DNA of 64,000 nt. It comes from Octopus vulgaris. Its lineage: Eukaryota. Where the stretch lies: NCBI GenBank assembly GCA_951406725.2, contig OX597838.1, forward strand, positions 42,160,001-42,224,000, read 5' to 3'. The notes under the pieces were generated by a model. The model was given only the letters and a program-made list of their open reading frames with translations, did no database searches and had not been told where the DNA came from. A program made the translations under genes and the position numbers. Positions 1 to 12,867 of the stretch are shown piece by piece; within the stretch, counting starts at the first letter, position 1; the number at the start of each line of letters is the position of its first letter.

Positions 1-1714
1 CATAAACAGGTGTGTTGCTGTGGAGGAGATACGTGGCTACTCCAGCAGGAAAAAGAGAGAAGATAGGGGTCAAGATATATCAGGGTGTAGCCTCAAGTTA
101 CAGTGAAGTGGGGCAACAGATTGGAGAGGGGAAAGAGTTTGTGAAAATGTGAAAGGAGAGTGGCAGATGGATAGAGATGAAGATCAAGGTGAATGCAGAG
201 AATGTTGACCATGGGTGGAAGTGTGGTCAATGGTGAATATCAGTTTGATGGGGAAAGGGGGAGGTAATAGGTGGGTGGGGTGAGAAGTATACAGTGCCAG
301 GGACAAAGTGAGAAGTACATAGGGATGAAAATAAAGGGACAGACAAAGGTAGTGGTTCCAAGGAGATGATAACTGCTTGGACAAAAAGGGGACAAAACAT
401 GTGCAGTTCTGCTCTCTTAACAATTTCCACTGCTAAGAGGGGGGAGGGGACAATAGGAAGATGCTACACACATCTTTGTCAATGTTTTAATGTTGTCTTA
501 AGGTATTGAACTGGTATAATCATTAGTATTCTGGGCAAAATGCATAGCGGCGTTCCTTTTGTCCTTGTGTTCTGAGTTCAAATTCTGCCAAGGTTGACTT
601 TTCCTTTCATCCTTTCAGAGTTGATAAAATAAGTACCAGTTGAGTAGTGGGGTGGGGTCCTTCCCCTAAAGTTGTCGGCCTTGTGCCAATATTTGTAACC
701 AATATTTTAATGTTGTATTCTATGCTTGCACGGTCCAAAGGAATTTATTGAAGCTTTGGTCAGCTTGGAACTGGTCAAAGGTGCTGTGCAGCAGACAGAA
801 TCCAAGATCAAGAGGCTGTCAAAGGAACGTCTAAACCATACATCCATGTCTGGACACATACATATGTGGGTGTGTGATGTTCTTTGCTTGAGAGAACTGG
901 TGATGTGTTTACTTTCCCTGTTGGACATCAAGATCAATGATTCAAGGCTTTTAAAGACCCATGGCATAAGAAATCACTTCCTTCAATAAACAGTTTAGAG
1001 TTGGCAACAGGAAAAGCATCAAACCCCTGCCTCAATTATGTCCCCTGTCCAGCCCATGCTTAACAGAAGGGACAAACAGTAAAAAAAATTAGGAAAAATC
1101 ACTGCATTTTATTTCCATTTGTAAATAGTAACAATTGAAATCTAAAAGTAATTTAAAAGTTAAGTCGATGTAGAGTTTAGATATCGTTAAAAAATTATAA
1201 ACTTGGTTAAGTTACATAAAGTGAAGTCTCGTTCGGAATTGTATAGCCCCCCCCACACACACACACACGCACATGCATCTTCAGTCAAGACTCTGAAAGC
1301 CAGAAACGAACCTGGTTTCCATGGTTCCATAAGTGACTAAGATCACACTAGTCCTTCCTGAATGAGACACTGGTCTGTCACACGGTTAACCTCCCAGCTG
1401 TTAGAGGATTATCCATTAACAGCTGAGAGGAAATGTTAAATAAAGGGCTTTTAGTCAAGAACCCAATGCATCATTCAGTCTGGAAATTGAAACCATGGTC
1501 TAACGATTATGACCACAACACCTTAATCACTTGGCTTGCACCTTCATGCATTCACACACACACATTCTTTTTCTGATTGTAAGGAATCCGAATATTATTT
1601 TAGATGTAAAACATATTATTATAATATATATCATCGTGTATATTACATAGCTTCTGTCCAATCAATAATATAAAAATAAATCTAATATCAAATTATTTCC
1701 GTTGATTCAAGGCT

Positions 1715-1816
1715 TTAATTGCTTCCAGTGACATTAACCGTTTTTGCAAATCCAATCGATTGCAGAGCTTCCCTGATGGCACTGTACACATTTGGATCTT
1801 CAATTGTCGGTGGAAT
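1715..1816 (-). CDS. ACSS3: ACSS3-like exon 17 (last coding exon)
   Basis: IPPTIEDPNVYSAIREALQSIGFAKTVNVTGSN* after a long polypyrimidine acceptor; the summed CDS is 2124 bp = 707 aa + stop. Confidence 0.93.
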   Translation of the reverse strand: MPPTIEDPNVYSAIREALQSIGFAKTVNVTGSN

Positions 1817-2792
1817 CTGGAAAAGGAAAGGAAAAAAAAAAAGCAGAAATAAGACAAACTTATGGTGATATTCTTGAAATTTTGTAATATTTCAGGATCC
1901 AGCTTTTAACCATTTTTTTTTTTAAATGCAGGCACAGCCGTGTGGTAAAGGGGTTTAAAAAGTTTGACCCTTTAGCATTCAGATTATTGTATCAAGTGTA
2001 ATGGTTATTTATTTGTATTGTTTCAAATTATACATTATCTCATAGCTTTGAGATTTCGGTGATGTGGTTGTTTATTTTTAGAATGACATTGTAGGGTAGG
2101 TGTGAGAGGCTAGATCTGGCTAGTCTGAACATAAAAATTGCTAAAGTATTTAGGCTGGATGTGGCTGGTTTAAATGCTAAAGGGTTAAAAAAAAAAGGTA
2201 CTTTGGACCTTGAGCTGAGTGGATTTGGTCCTAGGTGTCCTATGTGAACCCTGTCGTATACGTGTGTGGTTTTGGGTCTCTTTGTGTGACAGGTGTAAAC
2301 GAGTATCTTTCATCTTCAGTCTTCCATGGAAACAAATTGCCCACCCATGAGAACGTTGATGATGATGATGAATGTTCATCAGAATGCATTTTGAATTAAC
2401 TTTGGGGACTTGTGAATGTTGACATTATAAGCAGCAGTTTAGGAAAGACAAAAGAAACAGGACTTGGCCCCTAATTCTCTTATCTAGCAAGTGATAGACA
2501 CACGGTTGGTATGATGCCAGGGAACCAACCTCACTTTTCAGTGCTTCATTGTCATCGTTTTAGTGTCCACTTTTCTTTCCATTCTTGCATGGGTCAAACA
2601 GAATTTGCTGAGGCCGATTTTCTACAGCCAGATGACCTTTGTGATTGTCACCTTCGCCTGTTTCCAAGCAAGGTAATATCTAATCATGAGCAAACATGAT
2701 TTTCACGGAAGATTGGAAATTAACAACACTGCTTGTATAACGGTGACACTCATTTACAACTCTTGCACAATAACAAGACAAGGAGACACAAG

Positions 2793-2980
2793 CATACACA
2801 CACTCATACATACATACACACACTCATACATACATATATACATACACACACTCATACATATATACATACACACACACACTCATACATACATATATACATA
2901 CACACACACACTCATACATATATACATACACTCATACATATATACATACACTCACACTCATACATACACACATACATACA
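2793..2980. repeat. Compound (CA)/(TA)/(CATA) microsatellite
   Basis: Seen directly; source of spurious H/T/Y/I-rich ORFs. Confidence 0.95.
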
Positions 2981-3427
2981 TAATGATATGTCGTGCATTA
3001 TGACAATGTAACTTCGTTGTCCGTGTGACTGGCCTGAACCTCGCTGACTGACCCCACTTGCTGCGTCTGCCATGTAGTGAGGGTCAGCCCCAAACTGTGT
3101 GACTGGGAAGCAAACTTACTCAGCAGAGATGGGGAAAACATGATTATAATTAGCAAAAGGAATTTAGTTTATAATTCTCAACTGGAAAACAAATATCATT
3201 TTCAGAGATTCTGGCTTTCTTCTGGGGTCAGTTTTGCAGTCTCCATGACTGAGACAACAGGATCCCAGTCCATTCCAGGACTTCTCATTTAAGGGAAAAT
3301 GGACAGGAGCAACATGAAATAAAGTGTTTTTTCCTCAAGAACACAACACCTTAACCACTAGAATACGTGCTTCTGCATCTATTCCTTAGAGATTTTGATT
3401 CTTTTATCCCCAAACGTTGATTCTTAC

Positions 3428-3603
3428 CTTAAATTCCTTTCCAGCTGCCAAAGCTGCGATTGTGTTGCGAGCAGTTTTTCCTGATCTGGTTTTCGGTAAC
3501 GCTGGCACTATAACTGCTTGTTTAAAATAAGCAACTGGACCGATGCTCACTCGCACAATTTGTATAACGTCTTCTATAATTTCATTTGCATTCTTGGTCA
3601 AAC
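3428..3603 (-). CDS. ACSS3: ACSS3-like exon 16 (catalytic lysine motif)
   Basis: (G)LTKNANEIIEDVIQIVRVSIGPVAYFKQAVIVPALPKTRSGKTARNTIAALAAGKEFK contains PKTRSGK; 176 bp. Confidence 0.96.
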
Positions 3604-4222
3604 CTGAAATTTCAAACACAAAGCATCTCTAATTTTAAATGAATTAATTATTAAACATTGAGGTTTGTGTAGGGTGGGGATACATAAATCAATATCATAG
3701 TTTTATAGGATTTGCATCAAAATCTTAGCTGTAAATGTTCTTGAAATAGTATCATGACCATCATCATCATAACCATCATCTAAAAGCCACTTTTCCATGC
3801 TTTCATGGGTCAGGCAGAATTTTTTTACACCAGATTCCGTTTCTGTCACAAACACTTATTTCCAAGACAAGTAATATTTCCTCAAACATTGCTTCTTTGA
3901 TGGTGATGTGTATTTATAACCATCTCATGATGTCAAGACAAGCGTACACACACACACACACACACATACAAATGGCAGGCTTCTTTCACTCACCAAATCC
4001 ACACACAAAGCAATTTTCTGGCAAAACCAAAAAGATGAGAAGGTCATGGCTGGAATATTGACTGATCACCAACCAAAATAACTCTTCTTACCACCACTGA
4101 GAGACTAATAACACTTCAATAATGAGTCACTATTTAACGCTCTCAATATTCTCACAGAACTGCCCCCCACACACACACAGAGGCTCAACAAAAGCTCAGA
4201 ATCGAAGTTCAACACTTCTTAC

Positions 4223-4322
4223 CTGACTTCAGGACACACAATCCTAAAGGTACTTGACCTTTCAGGTCATCAGGGACACCAATAACAACCGCATCAGCCA
4301 CAGCACTATTTTGCATAATTGC
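4223..4322 (-). CDS. ACSS3: ACSS3-like exon 15
   Basis: AIMQNSAVADAVVIGVPDDLKGQVPLGLCVLKS; 100 bp. Confidence 0.95.
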
Positions 4323-4536
4323 CTGCAAATAAAATTCAGACTTAAACTATATTTTACTAAAACTAACTCTTGTAAACACATTTATGGGTGTTTGTATGAG
4401 TATATATACATGTGTGTATAGGTTTATACACATAAGAGGATATATAAAATATATATATATATATATAAATATATATTATATATGAAAACATCTAATATAT
4501 AAACTTCATCTTCGGACATCAAGGTTTATGTCTTTT

Positions 4537-4724
4537 TATCTATATCTATCTATCTATCTATCTGTCCATCTATCTGTCCATCTATCTGTCCATCTATCTG
4601 TCCATCTATCTATCCATCTATCTGTCCATCCATCCGTCCATCCGTCCGTCCGTCCATCTGTCCATCTGTCCATCCGTCCATCTATCTATCTCTGTCTGTC
4701 TGTCTATTTGTCTGTCTATCTATC
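4537..4724. repeat. (TCTA)/(TCTG)/(TCCA) tetranucleotide array
   Basis: Seen directly. Confidence 0.95.
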
Positions 4725-5103
4725 AAGGTAGCTAATATGTATTTGTTTGTCTAACTCATTCTCTGTAAACAATTCCAGTTCTACGCACCAGCCTAAACTC
4801 ACCCACCCACCCACCTACCTACCATCTATTTACCTGTCTGTTTATGTCGCAAACTAAAGAGTTCCGCTTGAACTATGCATATATCTAGTTACCACCCCCC
4901 ACTCACCCACCCAAAACCCCACCTACCTACCTCCCTATAAGCCTTTATTCTCTTCTCCTCACCCCAACCCCTTACCTACCTACAAATCAAACTTTCAATC
5001 TAAGGAGTTCTTCTTTACCTTTATTGACAGATTGACAGTGACGAGGTAGTCATCAGGGATGATCAGGTAAAAAAGCAAAGCTTAAAACTGATGGCATGCT
5101 TAC

Positions 5104-5226
5104 CTCTTCCAAAGCACCTGTTGAGAGTCGATGCCCTGCCACATTGATGACATCATCAGTTCTTGTCAAGACAGAGATGTATCCATCCCTGTCACACACA
5201 CCAGAATCCATTGTGTCATAGTAACC
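5104..5226 (-). CDS. ACSS3: ACSS3-like exon 14
   Basis: GYYDTMDSGVCDRDGYISVLTRTDDVINVAGHRLSTGALEE (R-x-DDVINV-x-GHRLST hinge motif); 123 bp. Confidence 0.97.
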
Positions 5227-5519
5227 CTGCAAGGACAAGCACTGGACCATGTCATTATGCATATATAATACATATATATATGTGTGTGTGTGTGCATGTA
5301 CATGTATGTAATGCATATGTGTGTGTGTGTATTGTGGATCAATAAGTGTGTTCATGAATGTATGTGTGTGTGTGTGTGTGTGTGTGTATATGACGGACTC
5401 GCCCGTCGTTAGACTATGTATGAAGACTCAGTGATTTCTTGCTGAACAACCACACAGACGATTTGTTTGATCAAATGCTTGTGTTCACATAAGCTCACTC
5501 CCTCCATCAAATCAACGTT

Positions 5520-5687
5520 ACCTGTACAGGTGCACCATGTGGCACATGTCAGGTGACAAAATGATTGCAGAGCAATGTGGAAATGAAGTGCTTTGCTGAA
5601 GAGCACAATGCAATGCCTGGTCAGGGAATCGAACCCACGATCTCGCAATCGTGAGTGCAACACCCTAACCACTATGCCATGCACCTT
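5520..5687 (-). mobile_element. tRNA-derived SINE head
   Basis: TGGCATAGTGG..GGGTTCGATTCC A/B boxes followed by non-tRNA body sequence. Confidence 0.65.
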
Positions 5688-5967
5688 CAAACACACACAC
5701 ACACACACACACATATATATTACTCTCTCTTTTACTCTTTTACTTGTTTCAGTCATTTGACTGCGGCCATACTGGAGCACCGCCTTTTTAATCGAGCAAC
5801 TCGACCCCGGGACTTATTCTTTTGTAAGCCCAGTACTTATTCTATCGGTCTCTTTTGCCAAACCGCTAAGTAACGGGGACATAAACACACTAGCATCGGT
5901 TGTCAAGCAATGCTAGGGGGACAAACACAGATACACAAACACACCCACGCATGTATATATATACATA

Positions 5968-6136
5968 TATACGACGGGCTTCTTTCAGTTTCTGTCTACC
6001 AAATCCACTCACAAGGCTTTGGTCGGCCCGAGGCTATAGTAGAAGACACTTGCCCAAGGTGCCACGCAGTGGGACTGAACCCGGAACCATGTGGTTGGTA
6101 AACAAGCTACTTACCACACAGCCACTCCTACGCCTA
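5968..6136 (-). mobile_element. Abundant tRNA-derived SINE (family B)
   Basis: GGCGTAGGAGTGGCTGTGTGG..GGGTTCAGTCCC..CTGAAAGAAGCCCGTCG; other copies at about 11045, 16105, 18080, 23317, 25020, 48230, 58290 and 62820. Confidence 0.85.
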
Positions 6137-7879
6137 TATATAAAATTAGAAGAAAACCACCTTTTATCAATTCAAAATGAAGAATTAAATTACACCATCC
6201 AGAAAATTACATATAATAGATATATTAACATTAAAATAACAATAAAATGTCAAAGATTAAGTAAATAGCAAATAAAAAATATAATAATAATAACTTATAT
6301 AAATTGTGTTTCATGGACAGAAGGAGCCTGGGAACAATAATGGCTAAGAGAAGGTTCCACACTCCTCAACATCTGGGAACTTCTGAACCAGGGCCCCACA
6401 ACTAGATGCAGTTTAAATTCATACCCAGATCGCACACACACACACACACACACACACACCTATAAAGCATGTGATTTCCTTTCAGTCCCATTGTATATAT
6501 ATATAGTAAATCCCCAAAAAAACACGAAGAACAAACAGAAAAAAAAAGGACATGGTACATGTAAAGTATTAGCAGACGCTCAAGAAAGGAGAGAAAGATG
6601 GTTTAACATTTCGAGCAAAGCTCTTCTTCAGAAAGAGAGGAAAGTCCAATAGAAAAGGAAGATGGGGGGGGAAAAAAATCGCCAATGATTCACATGTGGT
6701 TACATATATATATAAGTGAAGTGGTTAGTTCTAAAATCTCTATTAGTAATGCAAGGGGCGATGATACTGAAAAATAATGTTCCATACAGGACTCTGTTAC
6801 TACATTTTAACACTAGGAAAACATCTTTTCCATTTTGTTAACAACACACAACCTGTGTCTGATATATTGCAAGTATGGGAGCAAACCACTCCCGTCTATT
6901 GTGGCCAGGGCAGTAGACCAGAACTGCTTTCAAGGTCTTACCCTTCCTCAGTAATGGATAGAGATGGCAGCCATTCATCCTTACTCACAATATATAAAGA
7001 AGGGACAATCAGCCACTGCTATATATCATCGTCATCATTTAATGTCCGTTGTCCATGCTGCCATGGGTTGCACAGCTTGACCGGGGCTGGCAAGCTGGGA
7101 GGCTGCCCCAGAATCCAGTCTGATTTGGCATGGTTTTCTACAGTTGGATGCCCTTCCTAATGCCAACCACTCCGAGAGTGTAATGGGTGTTTTACCTGCC
7201 ATCAGCACAGGTGCCAATTTGTGTGACACCAATATCTGCCATGAATGCAATTTTGCTCAGCTTGATGGGTCTTCTTCTCGAGCACAACATAATGCCAAAG
7301 GCCGCGGTCATTGCCTCCATGAGGCCCAACATTTGAAAGGAACTCAGCTCCTTTGCCTCTGTGAGGCCCAACACTCAAAAGATGCCCTTTATGTGCTACT
7401 GGCATGCGTGCCAGTTATGTGATACCAGCAACAGGTTTCAACACAGTTTCCATCTATCAAATTTTGACTCACAAGCCATTGGTCAGTCCAGAGCTAAAGT
7501 AGAAAACACTTGCGCAAGGTACTGTACAATGGGACTGAAACTGAAATCACATGCTTTATAGGTGTGTGTGTGTGTGTGTGTGTGTGATCTGGATATGAAT
7601 TTAAACTGCATCTAGTTGTGGGGCCCTGGTTCAGAAGTTCCCAGATGTTGAGCTGTGTGGAACCGTCTCTTAGCCATTATTGTTCTCAGGCTCCTTTTGT
7701 CCATCAAATCCCCTTGTAAGGGTTTGGCTAGCCTGATGCTACAGTAGAACCCAAAACCACATGGTTGAGAAATGAACTTCCTAACCATCCAGCCATGCCT
7801 CTACCTCTGGAAGACAATCCAAAATAGCAAAACCAGAACAAGAGGATTTAATATCAAGAATTCATGGAAAGAAACTCAC

Positions 7880-7961
7880 CGGATACTTTGTGAAATATAT
7901 CTTCTTATATCCTTCATTGTTTTCCCAAAGAGAAATAAATGCTCCAGGGGGGAGAGGAAGC
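7880..7961 (-). CDS. ACSS3: ACSS3-like exon 13
   Basis: LPLPPGAFISLWENNEGYKKIYFTKYP; 82 bp, CCG|GTGAGT donor. Confidence 0.95.
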
Positions 7962-8669
7962 CTGGAGAATGAAATTGAAGCAACTTATGTCGTTGTTGCA
8001 AGAGTATCTGATTGCACATGGTTACAGCTTCAAGCTGTACCCAAGCATAATGACAGTAACATACTTTTGTTCAAGTTCCCTTATCAGAAATAAAAAGAAG
8101 CACTCATACATTCAAATAAATACATATCAAAACAATAACAAAAAAAATAATAAATGGAAAAATTTGGTATATTTTTAATTCCATTTTAGATGTGTTTCAT
8201 TACAAAGAACTACAAATGTATGGTTGTAGGAAAACATGTATATGGAATCTCTGATCCATAATTCTTGTATGTCTTTGTGATTTCTCTCCTGTAATTCCAT
8301 GTATGACATGGAATTAAAAGTAGACCAAATTCTTCCAGTTGTTTGTTTCGATGCGTAATTCACAAGAAATTTCAATTGCTACAAATATCTTATCCAAGAG
8401 AAAACATCTGTCCACAAATATCTGCTTACTGTGTACATGCAGATGTGCTTAAAAAAGACACAGTTTGGGTTATAACCCCTTCTATGCAAATAAATACATA
8501 TACTAAAGTGCACACAGAGTTAAAGCAGATTTTTCTGCATCACACATGCACATACACACACACATACACACTCACACACTGATTATCATTATTTATATTA
8601 TATTATATTATATATTATTGTATTATAGTTAATATTATTAGCTGTTTCACATCTAAGGTTAACACTTAC

Positions 8670-8736
8670 TTGATAACAATTTGGCCCAGATCGCCAATTT
8701 TAGTTTCTTGTAAAGATTTTGGGGCCATTATTTTGA
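8670..8736 (-). CDS. ACSS3: ACSS3-like exon 12
   Basis: (V)KIMAPKSLQETKIGDLGQIVI(K); TTTTTCAG acceptor, AA|GTAAGT donor; 67 bp. Confidence 0.9.
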
Positions 8737-8949
8737 CTGAAAAATTACAAAAGTTTAACAAAAATTGAGCAATTAATTATAATAAGTAAAATGAATATCC
8801 CTTAAAGGTGGTAACATAAATCGAATAATGGTGTAATTGTTATCACCTGTGTTCTGATGGTTGTTAATTAATTATGCAGTTATTTACAATTAAAGAATAA
8901 ATCAAAATATTTTTGGAGGAAATGTAATTGAAATGGCAGCGGTGGGTTT

Positions 8950-10150
8950 AATGAAGAGAAGAAAGAAAGTTGAATGTGGGGAAGCATCTGAAAAGAAGAG
9001 TAATTACTGAAAGTATAGACAACAGAGGGACCAGCTATTTTAGGGGTTAAAATAGCCATTGACAGTTTGAAGCGAAGGAAAATAGCAGGTCAGTCAGGTA
9101 TAGTTAATGAGAAGCTGAAAATATCTGATGAAGAAGAGTTGAAACTAGTCATTCACAGAATCAATCAGATAATGCAGGAAGGAGATTTCATATCCAAAGG
9201 AATGGTATTGACTGCTACAAGAGCGATGATTATGCTAGAAGCACCTACAGAGTTGTCAAACTGATGGAGCAGGTTCTATATTTAAGAGATGAGGAATTAT
9301 GCACATTATTTACATTATTTACATTTGACGGATATTTGTCCTCACCTTGAAGGCCGGAGGGTATATCAGCTAAAATGTTGTGTTAACAACAAACAAGATA
9401 AGGACAAATGTAAATAATGTGATGGACCAAGCCCTGAAAGTAACAGGAAAACAATTTGATTAAGAGAATCCATTGAGATGAGATGCTGTTTAGATATGTA
9501 CCAGGTTGGGGTGCTATGGATGCTCTCTTATTTGTGAGACAACTACAAGAGAAGTTGTTTTTTTACTTAAAAAGTAAGCCTTTCTATTTAACATTTATTG
9601 ATGTGGAGAAGGCTTTTGACAGGGTACCATGGTCTGTAGTTTGGTGGTCTCTAGGAAAACTAGTTTAGATGAAATTGTTTGGGAGAGCAGCACAAGTCCT
9701 GTACAGAGCTGCAGTTAGCAAAATGTGAAATGGCAAGGAATTCAGAGTGGAACTTGGCATGGAACCAGTTCTCACTCATCTTCCTCTTTATTGTAGTTGT
9801 CCAACCAGAACAGAAGTCAAGATTGGTTTGTTTTATAGGAACTTTTATATTCTGATGACCTTAAAACAGGATCTGTGGAAAGCTTCCAGAAGAAAAAAAC
9901 CTAGAACTGAGAGGCCCCAGAGTAAACTTGGTGAAAACTAAAGTTTTATTAATCAGAAACAAGATGATGCTGCCATCTGGAAACAGCTGGAGCTCCATAT
10001 AGCATAGATGGAGTGGAAAATTGGTGTACAAGAAGTGTACCAAGATTACAGGTATACTGAAGGTAAATAAAAAGCTTGAATGGGGCAGATACTCAGAGTA
10101 AACCAAATTCCTTTCAATTTATGAATTGCTCCAGAATGACAGTTGACTGC
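8950..10150 (+). mobile_element. Degenerate RTE-clade LINE RT fragment
   Basis: KIAGQSGIVNEKLK; DALLFVRQLQEK..YLTFIDVEKAFDRVPWSVVWWSLGKL; stops and frameshifts present. Confidence 0.85.
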
Positions 10151-10291
10151 TTCTGTTAATAATTACACAGAACCAGAAAATTTCGGCTATTATTATTATT
10201 ATGTCATGAACTTTTGAAATAATTTTTACAAAATTTGAAGAAGTGAATTAAATTATCTAATGAGTAATTAAATAGTGATAAAGAAATTCAC

Positions 10292-10387
10292 CATTCCAAC
10301 CAGGAACAGGTTTTCCAGATACACCAACGGATGGCTCCATATTCATTCCAAGACCATAACAAGAAGCTAATGCTGGCCAAGATGTTT
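10292..10387 (-). CDS. ACSS3: ACSS3-like exon 11
   Basis: (E)TSWPALASCYGLGMNMEPSVGVSGKPVPGWN; 96 bp, phase 1->1. Confidence 0.93.
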
Positions 10388-10819
10388 CTGCAAAGGAAAA
10401 AAAAATACCATTATTAAGAAGTTTAGTGGCACCCCACCCCCGACTACTATCATCATCATCATCATCATCGTTCTGATGTATACTTTTCTATGCTTACAAG
10501 AGTCAGACATGACTCCGTTGGGGCAGAGATTTTTATGGCCAGATGCCTTTCCTGATGCCAACCCTCACTTGTTTCCAAGAAATGCAATAATCTCTGAATC
10601 TGTTGAACAATAAACACTTCAGACATAGTTACGTAGAGAAGTAGAGAGAAATTGTTTGAAAGCAGCTTTTGCCTACAGAGGCCATGCAACATATGAGAAG
10701 ACCCGTCAGGAGTTGGTGAAGTGCTTTCGAGGTGAAGCGGTGCAAACAAGCAACACTGGCTGTGAGAACGGTGGCACTTTTGCTTACGAAGACATGTGGA
10801 GGGGAAATAGGAATTCATC

Positions 10820-10828
10820 CACACACAG

Positions 10829-10882
<54 letters not shown>

Positions 10883-11046
10883 TCACTCACTCACAACACA
10901 CATATACAGACTCACTCACTCACTTGCTCATTCATACATCACATCACACACACACACACACTCACTCACACATCACATCACACACACTCACTCACTCACA
11001 CATCACACACACTCACTCACACAACACATCACACACACACACGCAC
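10820..11046. repeat. (CA)n/(CACT)n microsatellite
   Basis: Seen directly. Confidence 0.95.
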
Positions 11047-11337
11047 ATGTGGCTGTGTGCATAAGTGTACTTCCCAACCTCATGGTTCCCGGTTCCATTC
11101 CATTGAGCAACACCCTGAGCAAGTGTCTTCTACTGAAGCCTTGAGCTGACCAAAGTCTTGTGAGGGAATTTGGTCGACAGAAACTGCAGAGTGATGGAGG
11201 AGAAGGACAAAAGAGAGAAGAAGAAGCAAACGGGAGAAAGAAATAGAAAAGGCCTGACCTGTTGACCTCGGCGGAATCAGCGGTCACTCTCGCGAAATAG
11301 ACACGTCTTGTCTCTGCCCCGTCTTTGCTCGAACTCC

Positions 11338-11422
11338 CCACACGTGCTTGCTGACCACACGTGCTTGCTGACCACACGTGCTTCCTGACCACACATGCTT
11401 CCTGACCACACGTGCTTCCTGC
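11338..11422. repeat. 17-bp minisatellite x5
   Basis: Unit CCACACGTGCTT(G/C)CTGA. Confidence 0.92.
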
Positions 11423-11632
11423 CCACGCATGCCCCTTTCACTCTTCTGCCGGCCCCTGCAGTCCTTACTTCCGTCCACGTCATCTGCAATCCCCTCCACC
11501 AACACCACATAGCTCCATCACAGCCCATAACACCACAGAAACTAAGGCCTGTCATGTGTATGTGTGTGCGTGAAGGTGCTTGTACCTCCTTGGAGAGGAC
11601 GGAGACATATGTATGTGTGTGTGTGGGTGTGT

Positions 11633-11689
<57 letters not shown>

Positions 11690-11835
11690 GCGTGTATGAT
11701 ATATTATTATACTGTATTTTGTTTTAAATAGATTTTAGTTTATATTTTAAAAAAGTTAATTATCATTCAAACAACATGGCCTCAATCCAATGAGTGAAAC
11801 CAGTACAAGATAAAGAGATGGAACTAGAACCGCAC

Positions 11836-11939
11836 CTGTTTGCCACCAATTGTCCAAAACTGGTTTCTGTACAATACTCTTGGTCCATTGCATGGTCGTC
11901 TTATCGCAATGCTCCCCAGCCACGTACATAGCCTTCAGC
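11836..11939 (-). CDS. ACSS3: ACSS3-like exon 10
   Basis: LKAMYVAGEHCDKTTMQWTKSIVQKPVLDNWWQT (AGE and DNWWQTE motifs); 104 bp. Confidence 0.95.
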
Positions 11940-12103
11940 CTGGAAGAAGCAAACTATGGAAAGTTATACAAACAAAATAACTTGCATAAAAACACTCATC
12001 TTAAATTTCAAATGGACGTTCACTTGCCTAAATCATCATCATTTATTCTTTTACTCTTCTACATGTAAATATGTGAAAGAAACATATTTTTTAGGCAACT
12101 TAC

Positions 12104-12147
12104 TTGGAAAATGGGAAATATTTCTCAGCGTGCTTTCCTTCGTTGTC
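12104..12147 (-). CDS. ACSS3: ACSS3-like exon 9 (44-bp small exon)
   Basis: DNEGKHAEKYFPFS(K); TTCCTGTAG acceptor, AA|GTAAGT donor; supplies the phase 0->2 shift needed between its neighbours. Confidence 0.85.
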
Positions 12148-12552
12148 CTACAGGAAGAAAATGAGAATAGATTAGCAAGATTACATTCAGAACAGTTAAA
12201 AAGAATCTTGCCCCTCTCCACTTATATTTTACATTGATCACCCGTTTGTACTACCAAGTTATTTTTTATCTCTCTCACCTGAATTTCCTGTTTATTTGCT
12301 CCCATCGCTCTACATCTTTCACTCTCTTTATGCCCTACATCTGCCTCTTTCAACTTACCCATCCACACATCATCTCCCTTGCTAACAGTATAATTATTAC
12401 TATTCTTGTGCTCCCCTTTCTGTACTGCCATTTAACGATGATGATGGTGAAGATGACTTCTCATTACGATGAAATACATGCAGAGAGATTCTGCCCAACT
12501 CCTACACATGTTTCGTTATTTAAAAGGTGGGTAAGTAAATATATTTTCATAC

Positions 12553-12663
12553 CTCTTTTATAATTGCACGCAAAGCTGTTGGTGCAACAAACATGCCAGC
12601 CACTTCATGGTCCTTCAGAACTCGGAAATAGGCACTGGCATCGGGGGTGCCGACTGGTTTGCC
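12553..12663 (-). CDS. ACSS3: ACSS3-like exon 8
   Basis: GKPVGTPDASAYFRVLKDHEVAGMFVAPTALRAIIKE; 111 bp; follows a 108-bp intron. Confidence 0.95.
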
Positions 12664-12771
12664 CTGGAATACGCAATACTTTAGTTGTTGTTTCTTTCTT
12701 TTAAAATATTGAAATTCAACTTTTGAGCCAAATATGAAAAGATAAATAAATTATTTCCAAATAAAACCTAC

Positions 12772-12867
12772 CTCAAATAAAATAGATGTGTTTGCATTAA
12801 GTAAAGGAGCATAAGCAATGAAAGAGTGACCAACGACCCAACCAAGATCAGAGGCTGCCCACCAGAC
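12772..12867 (-). CDS. ACSS3: ACSS3-like exon 7
   Basis: VWWAASDLGWVVGHSFIAYAPLLNANTSILFE (conserved D-x-GW-x-x-GHS motif); 96 bp. Confidence 0.96.

Noticed and set aside
9121-9153. CTGATGA-AGAAGAGTT-GAAA-CTAG-TC, a hammerhead-like string
   Set aside because: There is no credible stem II or stem I, and it lies in frame within decayed RTE coding sequence (KISDEEELKLVI), so it is likely chance.
11338-11422. Possible CRISPR-like array
   Set aside because: The repeats are contiguous with no unique spacers, the context is eukaryotic and there are no cas genes.
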